Positions 1 to 12,535 of a DNA stretch of 64,000 bases are shown here, in pieces. The stretch comes from Nemertoderma westbladi (Eukaryota; Animalia; Xenacoelomorpha). The notes beneath the pieces are model-generated. The model saw only the letters and a list, made by a program, of their open reading frames with translations, did not search any database and had not been told where the DNA came from. The DNA is taken from assembly GCA_032718475.1 (NCBI GenBank), contig JAUCBJ010006375.1, positions 1 through 64,000 of the forward strand, written 5' to 3'. Every line of letters starts with the position of its first letter. The first letter of the stretch is position 1. The position numbers and the translations under genes were made by a program.

Positions 1-3000
1 CGCAGATGGGTCCACGCACCCCCTGTGTACCACAGAAGGGTCCATGCACCCCCTGTGTACCGCAGATGGGTCCACGCACCCACTGTATACCGCAGATGGG
101 TCCACGCACCCCCTGAGTACCGCAGATGGGTCCACGCACCCCCTGTGTACCGCAGATGGGTCCACGCACCAACTGTGTACCGCAGATGGGTCCACGCACC
201 CCCATGTACCCCAGATGGGTCCACGCACCCACCGTGTACCCCAGATGGGTCCACGCACCCACTGTGTACCACAGATGGGTCCACGCACCCCCTGTGTACC
301 GCAGATGGGTCCACGCACCAACTGTGTACCGCAGATGGGTCCACGCACCCCCGTGTACCCCAGATGGGTCCACGCACCCACCGTGTACCCCAGATGGGTC
401 CACGCACCCACTGTGTACCACAGATGGGTCCACGCACCCCCTGTGTACCGCAGATGGGTCCACGCACCAACTGTGTACCGCAGATGGGTCCACGCACCCC
501 CGTGTACCCCAGATGGGTCCACGCACCCACTGTGTACCACAGATGGGTCCACGCACCCCCTGTGTACCGCAGATGGGTCCACGCACCCCCGTGTACCCCA
601 GATGGGTCCACGCACCAACTGTGTACCGCAGATGGGTCCACGCACCCCCGTGTACCCCAGATGGGTCCACGCACCCACCGTGTACCCCAGATGGGTCCAC
701 GCACCCACTGTGTACCACAGATGGGTCCACGCACCCCCTGTGTACCGCAGATGGGTCCACGCACCCCCTGTGTACCGCAGATGGGTCCACGCACCAACTG
801 TGTACCGCAGATGGGTCCACGCACCCCCTGTGTACCACAGAAGGGTCCATGCACCCCCTGTGTACCGCAGATGGGTCCACGCACCCACTGTATACCGCAG
901 ATGGGTCCACGCACCCCCTGAGTACCGCAGATGGGTCCACGCACCCCCTGTGTACCGCAGATGGGTCCACGCACCAACTGTGTACCGCAGATGGGTCCAC
1001 GCACCCCCGTGTACCCCAGATGGGTCCACGCACCCACCGTGTACCCCAGATGGGTCCACGCACCCACTGTGTACCACAGATGGGTCCACGCACCCCCTGT
1101 GTACCGCAGATGGGTCCACGCACCAACTGTGTACCGCAGATGGGTCCACGCACCCCCGTGTACCCCAGATGGGTCCACGCACCCACCGTGTACCCCAGAT
1201 GGGTCCACGCACCCACTGTGTACCACAGATGGGTCCACGCAACCACAGTATACCGCAGATGGGTCTACGCACCCCCTGTGTAATGCAGATGGGTCCACGC
1301 ACCCACCGTGTACCCCAGATGGGTCCACGCACCAACTGTGTACCCCAGATGGGTCCACGCACCCCCTGAGTACCGCAGATGGGTCCACGCACCCACTGTG
1401 TACCACAGATGGGTCCACGCACCCCCTGTGTACCGCAGATGGGTCCACGCACCCCCTGTGTACCGCAGATGGGTCCACGCACCAACTGTGTACCGCAGAT
1501 GGGTCCACGCACCCCCTGTGTACCACAGAAGGGTCCATGCACCCCCTGTGTACCGCAGATGGGTCCACGCACCCCCTGTGTACCGCAGATGGGTCCACGC
1601 ACCAACTGTGTACCGCAGATGGGTCCACGCACCCACCGTGTACCGCAGATGGGTCCACGCACCCCCTGTGTACCGCAGATGGGTCCACGCACCCCCTGTG
1701 TACCGCAGATGGGTCCACGCACCAACTGTGTACCGCAGATGGGTCCACGCACCCACCGTGTACCCCAGATGGGTCCACGCACCAACTGTGTACCCCAGAT
1801 GGGTCCACGCACCCCCTGAGTACCGCAGATGGGTCCACGCACCCACTGTGTACCACAGATGGGTCCACGCACCCCCTGTGTACCGCAGATGGGTCCACGC
1901 ACCCCCTGTGTACCGCAGATGGGTCCACGCACCAACTGTGTACCGCAGATGGGACCACGCACCCACTGTGTACCACAGATGGGTCCACGCACCCCCTGTG
2001 TACCGCAGATGGGTCCACGCACCCCCTGTGTACCGCAGATGGGTCCACGCACCAACTGTGTACCGCAGATGGGTCCACGCACCCCCTGTGTACCGCAGAT
2101 GGGTCCACGCACCCCCTGTGTACCACAGATGGGTCCACGCACCCCCTGTGTACCGCAGATGGGTCCACGCACCCCCTGAGTACCGCAGATGGGTCCACGC
2201 ACCAACTGTGTACCACAGATGGGTCCACGCACCCCCTGTGTACCGCAGATGGGTCCACGCACCCCCTGAGTACCGCAGATGGGTCCACGCACCAACTGTG
2301 TACCGCAGATGGGTCCACGCACCCACCGTGTACCGCAGATGGGTCCACGCACCCCCTGTGTACCGCAGATGGGTCCACGCACCAACTGTGTACCACAGAT
2401 GGGTCCACGCACCCCATGTGTACCGCAGATGGGTCCACGCACCCACTGTGTACCACAGATGGGTCCACGCACCAACTGTGTACCGCAGATGGGTCCACGC
2501 ACCCCCTGAGTACCGCAGATGGGTCCACGCACCAACTGTGTACCGCAGATGGGTCCACGCACCCCATGTGTACCGCAGATGGGTCCACGCAACCACTGTG
2601 TACCACAGATGGGTCCACGCACCAACTGTGTACCGCAGATGGGTCCACGCACCCCCTGAGTACCGCAGATGGGTCCACGCACCAACTGTGTACCGCAGAT
2701 GGGTCCACGCACCCCATGTGTACCGCAGATGGGTCCACGCACCCACTGTGTACCGCAGATGGGTCCACGCACCAACTGTGTACCGCAGATGGGTCCACGC
2801 ACCCACCGTGTACCGCAGATGGGTCCACGCACCCCCTGTGTACCGCAGATGGGTCCACGCACCCCCTGTGTACCGCAGATGGGTCCACGCACCAACTGTG
2901 TACCGCAGATGGGTCCACGCACCCACCGTGTACCCCAGATGGGTCCACGCACCAACTGTGTACCCCAGATGGGTCCACGCACCCCCTGAGTACCGCAGAT

Positions 3001-4490
3001 GGGTCCACGCACCCACTGTGTACCACAGATGGGTCCACGCACCCCCTGTGTACCGCAGATGGGTCCACACACCCCCTGTGTACCGCAGATGGGTCCACGC
3101 ACCAACTGTGTACCGCAGATGGGACCACGCACCCACTGTGTACCACAGATGGGTCCACGCACCCCCTGTGTACCGCAGATGGGTCCACGCACCCCCTGTG
3201 TACCGCAGATGGGTCCACGCACCAACTGTGTACCGCAGATGGGTCCACGCACCCCCTGTGTACCGCAGATGGGTCCACGCACCCCCTGTGTACCACAGAT
3301 GGGTCCACGCACCCCCTGTGTGCCGCAGATGGGTCCACGCACCCCCTGAGTACCGCAGATGGGTCCACGCACCAACTGTGTACCACAGATGGGTCCACGC
3401 ACCCCCTGTGTACCGCAGATGGGTCCACGCACCCCCTGAGTACCACAGAAGGGTCCATGCACCCCCTGTGTACCGCAGATGGGTCCACGCACCCCCTGTG
3501 TACCGCAGATGGGTCCACGCACCAACTGTGTACCGCAGATGGGTCCACGCACCCACCGTGTACCGCAGATGGGTCCACGCACCCCATGTGTACCGCAGAT
3601 GGGTCCACGCACCCACTGTGTACCACAGATGGGTCCACGCACCAACTGTGTACCGCAGATGGGTCCACGCACCCCCGTGTACCCCAGATGGGTCCACGCA
3701 CCCCCTGAGTACCGCAGATGGGTCCACGCACCCACCGTGTACCGCAGATGGGTCCACGCACCCCATGTGTACCGCAGATGGGTCCACGCACCCACTGTGT
3801 ACCACAGATGGGTCCACGCACCAACTGTGTACCGCAGATGGGTCCACGCACCCCCTGTGTACCGCAGATGGATCCACGCACCAACTGTGTACCACAGATG
3901 GGTCCACGCACCAACTGAGTACCGCAGATGGGTCCACGCACCAACTGAGTACCGCAGATGGGTCCACGCACCAACTGTGTACCGCAGATGGGTCCACGCA
4001 CCCCCTGAGTACCGCAGATGGGTCCACGCACCAACTGTGTACCGCAGATGGGTCCACGCACCCACCGTGTACCGCAGATGGGTCCACGCACCCCCTGTGT
4101 ACCGCAGATGGATCCACGCACCAACTGTGTACCACAGATGGGTCCACGCACCAACTGAGTACCGCAGATGGGTCCACGCACCGCACCCCCTGTGTACCGC
4201 AGATGGTACACACACCCACTGTGTACCGCAGATGGGTCCACGCACCCCCTGAGTACCGCAGATGGGTCCACGCACCCCATGAGTACCGCAGATGGGTCCA
4301 CGCACCCACTGTGTACCAAAGATGGGTCCACGCAGCCACTGACTACCGCATATGGGTCTACGCACCCACTGACTACCGCATATGGGTCTACGCACCCCCT
4401 GTGTAATGCAGATGGGTCCACGCACCCACTGTGTACCGCAGATGGGTCCACGCACTCACTGTGTACCACAAATGGGTCCACGCACCCACT
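1..4490. repeat. 30-bp minisatellite (consensus GTGTACCGCAGATGGGTCCACGCACCCCCT), about 150 units, runs off the left edge
   Basis: Direct 30-bp periodicity with occasional 29-bp units. Variant units recur in blocks. Confidence 0.97.
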
Positions 4491-4915
4491 GATCAAAGGA
4501 ACACAGACCGGTAGATCCACTGATCCAAGGAACACAGACCGGTAGATCCACTGATCCAAAGAACACAGACTGATAGATCCACTGATCCAAGAAACACAGA
4601 CCCTTAGATCCACTGATCAAAGGAACACAGACCGGTAGATCCACTGATCCAAGGAACACAGACCGGTAGATCCACTGATCCAAGGAACACAGACCGATAG
4701 ATCCACTGATCCCAAGAACACAGACTGATAGATCCACTGATCCAAGAAACACAGACCCTTAGATCCACTGATCAAAGGAACACAGACTGATAGATCCACT
4801 GATCCAAGAAACACAGACCCTTAGATCCACTGATCAAAGGAACACAGACCGGTAGATCCACTGATCCAAGGAACACAGACCGGTAGATCCACTGATCCAA
4901 AGAACACAGACTGAT

Positions 4916-5397
4916 CTGTGCTTGGTCTGTGCTATACACAGCTCTCCAGTACTGTTGTCCTACACCTGTCCTCAGGAGTCAGCCTATTGGTCTGTGCTAT
5001 GCACAGCTCTCCAGTACTGTTGTACTACACCTGTCCGTTAGCCATCCCACTGCTACCATACCTTCAACTTCTAGCATAAACATTCGTTACCCCCCCCCCC
5101 CCCCCCCCCCCCCCCCACTTGCCTTTAGAATAAGGCCACCCACCGCTGAATATTAATTAGGCCGCCTACCGCTGAATATAATATAAATTTCTACGTACTT
5201 GATTTACCGGTCTCTGAGCAGATTTTATTTTATTTTAATTAAATTGCTTTTATATACGTTTTTAATATAATAACACCGCTGAAGACGCCCGTAAGGGTGA
5301 AATGCGCATACGGTAAACCATTTAAATTTTTATTTAAACGTGGCAAGACCCTCATCTACTCCCTTATTGTCTCCATGCTCGGAGTCCCCACAACCTT
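4916..5397 (+). mobile_element. 482-bp insertion, probable Penelope-like element terminal (pLTR) fragment
   Basis: Non-satellite block flanked by AAAGAACACAGA(C/G)TGAT at 4899-4915 and 5398-5414. It contains a ~50-bp internal duplication, a poly-C run and a minimal hammerhead motif. Confidence 0.6.
5275..5314 (+). ncRNA. Minimal type I hammerhead ribozyme
   Basis: ACCG-CTGAAGA-C-GCCC(GTAA)GGGT-GAAA-TGCGCA-TA-CGGT. Conserved CUGANGA and GAAA core, helix I ACCG/CGGT, helix II with a GNRA loop, palindromic helix III ATGCGCAT, predicted cleavage after AUA at 5310. Confidence 0.8.
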
Positions 5398-8300
5398 AAA
5401 GAACACAGAGTGATAGATCCACTGAGCAAAGGAACACAGACCGGGAGATCCACTGATCAAAGGAACACAGACTGATAGATCCACTGATCCATGGAACACA
5501 GACCGGTAGATCCACTGATACAAGGAACACAGACCGGTAGATCCTCTGATCAAAGGAACACAGACCGATAGATGCATTGATCCAAGGGACACAGACTAAT
5601 AGATCCACTGAGCAAAGGAACACAGACCGGTAGATCCACTGATCAAAGGAACACAGACCGGTAGATCCACTGATCCAAAGAACACAAACTGATAGATCCA
5701 CTGATCCAAGGAACACAGACCGATAGATCCACTGATCCAAGGAACACAGACCGGTAGATCCACTGATCCAAAGAACACAGACTGATAGATCCACTGATCC
5801 ATGGAACACAGACCGGTAGATCCTCTGATCAAAGGAACACAGACCGATAGATGCATTGATCCAAGGGACACAGACTAATAGATCCACTGAGCAAAGGAAC
5901 ACAGACCGGTAGATCCACTGATCAAAGGAACACAGACCGGTAGATCCACTGATCCAAAGAACACAAACTGATAGATCCACTGATCCAAGGAACACAGACC
6001 GATAGATCCACTGATCCAAGGAACACAGACCGGTAGATTCACTGAGCAAAGGAACACAGACCGGTAGATCCACTGATCCAAAGAACACAGACTGATAGAT
6101 CCACTGATCCATGGAACACAGACCGGTAGATTCACTGAGCAAAGGAACACAGACCGGTAGATCCACTGAGCAAAGGAACACAGACCGATAGATCCACTGA
6201 TCCAAAGAACACAGACTGATAGATCCACTGATCAAAGGAACACAGACCGGTAGATCCACTGATCCATGGAACACAGACCGATAGATGCATTGATCCAAGG
6301 GACACAGACTAATAGATCCACTGAGCAAAGGAACACAGACCGGTAGATCCACTGATCAAAGGAACACAGACCGGTAGATCCACTGATCAAAGGAACACAG
6401 ACCGATAGATGCATTGATCCAAGGGACACAGACTAATAGATCCACTGAGCAAAGGAACACAGACCGGTAGATCCACTGATCAAAGGAACACAGACCGGTA
6501 GATCCACTGATCAAAGGAACACAGACCGATAGATGCATTGATCCAAGGGACACAGACTAATAGATCCACTGAGCAAAGGAACACAGACCGGTAGATCCAC
6601 TGATCAAAGGAACACAGACCGGTAGATCCACTGATCCAAAGAACACCGACCGGTAGATCCACTGATCCAAAGAACACAGACCGGTAGATTCACTGAGCAA
6701 AGGAACACAGACCGGTAGATCCACTGATCCAAAGAACACAGACTGATAGATCCACTGATCCAAGGAACACATACTGATAGATCCACTGATCCAAGGAACA
6801 CAGACCGGTAGATCCACTGATCCAAGGAACACAGACCGGTAGATCCACTGATCCAAAGAACACAGAGTGATAGATCCACTGAGCAAAGGAACACAGACTG
6901 ATAGATCCACTGATCCAAGGAACACATACTGATAGATCCACTGATCCAAGGAACACAGACCGGTAGATCCACTGATCCAAGGAACACAGACCAATAGATT
7001 CACTGATCCAAGGAACACATACTGATAGATCCACTGATCCAAGGAACACAGACCGGTAGATCCACTTATCCAAAGAACACAGACTGATAGATCCACTGAT
7101 CCAAGGAACACATACTGATAGATCCACTGATCCAAGGAACACAGACCGGTAGATCCACTGATCCAAGGAACACAGACCAATAGATTCACTGATCCAAGGA
7201 ACACATACTGATAGATCCACTGATCCAAGGAACACAGACCGGTAGATCTACTGATCCAAAGAACACAGACTGATAGATCAACTGATCCATGGAACACAGA
7301 CCGGTAGATCCACTGATCCAAAGAACACAGACTGATAGATCCAATGATTCAAGAAACACAGACCGGTAAATCAACTGATCAAAGGAACACAGACTGATAG
7401 ATCCACTGATCCAAGGAACACATACTGATAGATCCACTGATCCAAGGAACACAGACCGGTAGATCCACTGATCCAAGGAACACAGACCAATAGATTCACT
7501 GATCCAAGGAACACATACTGATAGATCCACTGATCCAAGGAACACAGACCGGTAGATCCACTTATCCAAAGAACACAGACTGATAGATCCACTGATCCAA
7601 GGAACACATACTGATAGATCCACTGATCCAAGGAACACAGACCGGTAGATCCACTGATCCAAGGAACACAGACCAATAGATTCACTGATCCAAGGAACAC
7701 ATACTGATAGATCCACTGATCCAAGGAACACAGACCGGTAGATCCACTTATCCAAGGAACACAGACCGGTAGATCCACTGATCCAAGGAACACAGACCGG
7801 TAGATCCACTGATCCAAGGAACACAGACCGGTAGATCCACTGATCAAAGGAACACAGACCGATAGATGCATTGATCCAAGGGACACAGACTAATAGATCC
7901 ACTGAGCAAAGGAACACAGACCGGTAGATCCACTGATCAAAGGAACACAGGCTGGTAGATCCACTGATCCAAAGAACACAGACTGATAGATCCACTGATC
8001 CAAGGAACACAGACCGATAGATCCACTGATCCAAGGAACACAGACTGATAGATCCACTGATCAAAGGAACACAGACCGATAGATGCATTGATCCAAGGGA
8101 CACAGACTAATAGTTCCACTGAGCAAAGGAACACAGACCGGTAGATCCACTGATCAAAGGAACACAGACCGGTAGATCCACTGATCCAAAGAACACAGAC
8201 TGATAGATCCACTGATCCAAGGAACACAGACCGATAGATCCACCGATCCAAGGAACACAGACTGATAGATCCACTGATCAAAGGAACACAGACCGATAGA

Positions 8301-10654
8301 TCCACTGATCCAAGGAACACAGACTGATAGATCCACTGATCAAAGGAACACAGACCGGTAGATCCACTGATCCAAAGAACACAGACTGATAGATCCACTG
8401 ATCAAAGGAACACAGACCGATAGATCCACTGATCCAAGGAACACAAACTGATAGATCCACTGATCCAAGGAACACAGACTGATAGATCCACTGATCAAAG
8501 GAACACAGACCGGTAGATCCACTTATCCAAGGAACACAGACCGGTAGATCCACTGAGCAAAGGAACACAGACCGGTAGATCCACTGATCAAAGGAACATA
8601 GACCGGTAGATCCACTGATCCAAAGAACACAGACTGATAGATCCACTGATCCAAGGAACACAGACCGATAGATCCACTGATCCAAGGAACACAGACTGAT
8701 AGATCCACTGATCAAAGGAACACAGACCGGTAGATCCACTGATCCAAAGAACACAGACTGATGGATCCACTGATCCAAGGAACACATACTGATAGATCCA
8801 CTGATCCATGGAACACAGACCGGTAGATCCACTCATCTAAGGAACACAGACCGGTAGATCCACTGATCCAAAGAACACAGACTGATAGATCAACTGATCC
8901 ATGGAACACAGACCGGTAGATCCACTGATCCAAAGAACACAGACTGATAGATCCAATGATTCAAGAAACACAGACCGGTAAATCAACTGATCAAAGGAAC
9001 ACAGACCGATAGATCCACTGATCCACTACAACGTTATATCTTTTGATCCATTCATTGGAGACCCGTAATTCGACTGATCCTAGACTGTTGCAAATAGATC
9101 TGCTGACAAATTGACAGAAGGGGTTGTGGATCCAATGACAGGCGTTGTAAGGAAATTAGGTGTCATTTATAATTAATTGGAGCAACGAGGAATGGCCAAG
9201 GAGCTGGGGTTGCAGTGGATTCTCATATCCATCAACGTCTGATATAGTGGTGGTTGAATATAAAGGACAATAGTTTCGCGCAATAATATACGTTATTGGG
9301 GGTAAACGAGAGAGGCGTCAATCATAGTTGATAATCAATATTAGGGTTGTATTATGTTGTGGTTAGGGGGCAGCTGGCTGCATACCGCGCATACCTTAAC
9401 CAGCCCACACACGGTGAGGTTGCCAGTCGCTGGGTTCCGGACAAATTCCTTCTCCCCCAATGGAGCCAAACAACGGGTGGTCGAGCATTATCCTGGAATA
9501 ATAACCAAAATTGTATTCAAACTCTTAATAAAATCAACTGAAAACTCATTACAGGGACTTTCATCCCTTTAAAAACGACTTATCTTTCATAAAATTACTT
9601 TATATAGTTATACAATCTTGAAGAAAGGGATAATAACAATCCTAATAGTTTTACAAAAAAGAGAATCCTATTTAATTAATACTAATGTCATTCTCCTTTC
9701 AGCAATGAATCCATAAGGTTGACCCGTGCGATTCTGCAGGAATAAACCAATAAACTGGAAGTAGTTTAACGACCGAATATGAATACAAATCGCATTTGAT
9801 TTCCCAACTAACATGTGTTACCAGCCGCACCACACTGACATCGGTACTTATTGATCCAATGTTTCTGATTCCATGGTTGAACCCACGTCACTATCAAATT
9901 TGTTGACCCCGCCGACCCCATTGTACATTTATTGCGACACAAACACTCGACATCCCCAATAGAAACATTGAGAAATCACGCGTTTAAAGAGCTTTACACA
10001 GGTTCTACCGCTCCCGTGGTAGTATTGTTATATAAGACAAGCAAAAAAACAAAAAACGATACAAAATTTAAAAATATAAAATGGAACAGGGTAGGGTAGG
10101 TAATTAAAAGATATACAAGATGCTGGCGGATTCTGGGAACGTTACAAAATAACAAAAGACCAAGAACATATAGACTTTGAAACTAATTAAATGGATACAA
10201 TGGTAGAAAATAGCGAGATTTGAAATAACTGTTCGCTGCAACAAGAGATATGATGAGCCTCCACGGGGCTGGAGGGATGGTTGAACAGAGGCGAGGGTCT
10301 GTCTTGACACGTATATTCATAAAAGAGTTTATGTCCGTAAGCGAATTTAGCCCGTTTCGGGTGTCTTCAGTCTTCAGTTCAGGTCTTAAAATAAAATTCA
10401 AAGTAAATTTACAAATTAAACGACTATGGGCAGAACGCTTAATTATAGTTAAAGTAGTAAAGTAGTATTATTAATTAGCAACACTGCCCGTCCAGCTTTG
10501 CCTGTTACCTTACCAACTTGCTTATGGGAACTTCTTACTTTTCTGATGGGTGATGAAACTACACTGTTCTGCCATCAGTCACGGTGGAGTAATGACTCCT
10601 CTACAATGCGGTCACTGATTGAAACAATTTCCGTTGGAAGGGTATGATTTAGGT

Positions 10655-11152
10655 CCAGTCGTCTAGGTAGGCCAGTCGTCTAGGTAGGCCAGTCGTCTAG
10701 GTAGGCCGGTCGTCTAGGTAGGCCAGTCGTCTAGGTAGGCCAGCCGTCTAGGTAGGGCAGTCGTCTAGGTAGGCCAGTCGTCTAGGTAGGCCAGTCGTCT
10801 AGGTAGGCCAGCCGTCTAGGTAGGGCAGTCGTCTAGGTAGGCCAGTCGTCTAGGTAGGCCAGTCGTCTAGGTAGGCCAGTCGTCTCGGTAGGCCAGTCGT
10901 CTAGGTAGGCCAGTCGTCTAGGTAGGCCAGCCGTCTAGGTAGGCCTGTCGTCTAAATAGGCCAGTCGTCTAGGTAGGCCAGCCGTCTAGGTAGGCCAGTC
11001 GTCTAGGTAGGCCAGTCGTCTAGGTAGGCCAGCCGTCTAGGTAGGCCAGTCGTCTAGGTAGGCCAGCCGTCTAGGTAGGCCAGTCGTCTAGGTAGGCCAG
11101 CCGTCTAGGTAGGCCAGTCGTCTAGGTAGGCCAGTCGTCTAGGTAGGCCAGT
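10655..11152. repeat. 17-bp minisatellite (CCAGTCGTCTAGGTAGG), about 29 units
   Basis: Direct periodicity. Confidence 0.96.
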
Positions 11153-11664
11153 AATATCATTTGTTTTGATTTTGTGCCTTGATTATCTTTGCCCTAGGGT
11201 CAAAAACATAATAAATGTGTTTTGGAAATCATAAAAATAGTGAGTTTTTCTACGTTAAAGGCATAATCATATCGGCTCTGCCGCCCAAGCCTCCTACCTA
11301 CCTTTATCACCTTCATAGATATTTGGACACACATTTGCACTCCTATTGGCACCGATCGCAACACTAAAAAATAACCAAATTCAAAGGATTTTCACAACAC
11401 AATTTACAAAACGTTTCTGCCAAACAAACAAACACTGTCAATCAAAAGATGTTTAAAAGCATCTCGATGTTACTGCAAATTGTTCAAGATGTCAATAAAT
11501 GAAGCACCTTGATTCTTAATTCGTTATTAAATTGATTATTTAGGAAAACCAATTGATTACAGACACATTGTCTGGGTTGTCCAATACACCACCCGACCAC
11601 AACTATGACTCGTAATCCATCCCCCCACCCCCGCCCCGTTAAATGTACCTTGACTGCCTCGCAT

Positions 11665-12043
11665 GCCACCGCCACCGCCACCGCTACCGCCACCGCCACC
11701 GCCACCGTCACCGCCACCGCCACCGCCGCCACCGCCACCGCCACCGCCACCGCCACCGCCACCGCCACCGCCACCGCCACCGCCACCGCCACCGCCACCG
11801 CCACCGCCACCGCCACCGCCACCGCCACCGCCACCGCCACCGCCACCGCCACCGCCACCGCCACCGCCACCGCCACCGCCACCGCCACCGCCACCGCCAC
11901 CGCCACCGCCACCGCCACCGCCACCGCCACCGCCACCGCCACCGCCACCGCCACCGCCACCGCCACCGCCACCGCCACCGCCACCGCCACCGCCACCGCC
12001 ACCGCCAACGCCACCGCCACCGCCACCGCCACTGCCACCGCCA
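11665..12043. repeat. (GCCACC)n hexanucleotide microsatellite, about 63 units
   Basis: Near-perfect repeat. It gives homopolymer or dipeptide ORFs in all frames. Confidence 0.98.
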
Positions 12044-12535
12044 TCGACTGATTGCCATCCTGTTTGCCGCACTTGACACTGAGATTATGGGTGTGGTGTA
12101 GAGAAATCTCTATTGTTGCCTGATTTGATTGACTGATAGAATGTAGCGAGTGGAACGCGGCGCGGCTAATGAGACTAGTTATTATCGCGGAGATGACGCA
12201 AACAGGCAACAAGGGCTGCGGTCGCAGCACACAGTGAAAGTGTCACCAACACTATTTGCTAAAGAGAGAAATAAACTAGTGCTCGGTATAAGTAGCGTTA
12301 GTCACTCACAGAAACACTGCTAATGAGCTCCAGGGACCACCAACGTAGTTGTTCTAATTAGAGACAGGTGGTTGAGGCTGTCAATCATTCGTAGAATACA
12401 ATTCATTCGATTGGCAAAAGATTGTATGAAGAGAAAAATATAAACTGTCAATATAAAATAATAATATATTGCGAGGGAGTACATTATTTAGACAATGGGC
12501 AGTTGCAATCGGCAATAATATAACACAAGGAGGGC

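Larger units (their letters stand above)
4485..9026. repeat. 31-bp minisatellite (GATCCACTGATCCAAGGAACACAGACCGGTA), interrupted at 4916-5397
   Basis: Direct 31-bp periodicity. It abuts the 30-bp array through a shared CCACTG. Confidence 0.96.

Noticed and set aside
25-4545. Long ORFs up to 1032 aa (CTADGSTHPL, YRRWVHAPPV and GAWTHLRYT repeats)
   Set aside because: They are open in several frames and on both strands only because the 30-bp unit lacks stops. The 29-bp units shift frames freely and there is no unique domain.
4456-8933. Many minus-strand ORFs (GSVDLSVCVPWISG...)
   Set aside because: Translations of the 31-bp satellite cycling through frames.
10350-10385. Minus-strand CTGAAGA...CGAAAC as a second hammerhead, or LKT...GLN as a Penelope endonuclease end
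   Set aside because: No convincing helices II, III or I, and no supporting upstream protein motifs.
11484-12230. Poly-VA, poly-G, poly-P, poly-RH and poly-RW ORFs
   Set aside because: Artefacts of the (GCCACC)n microsatellite.
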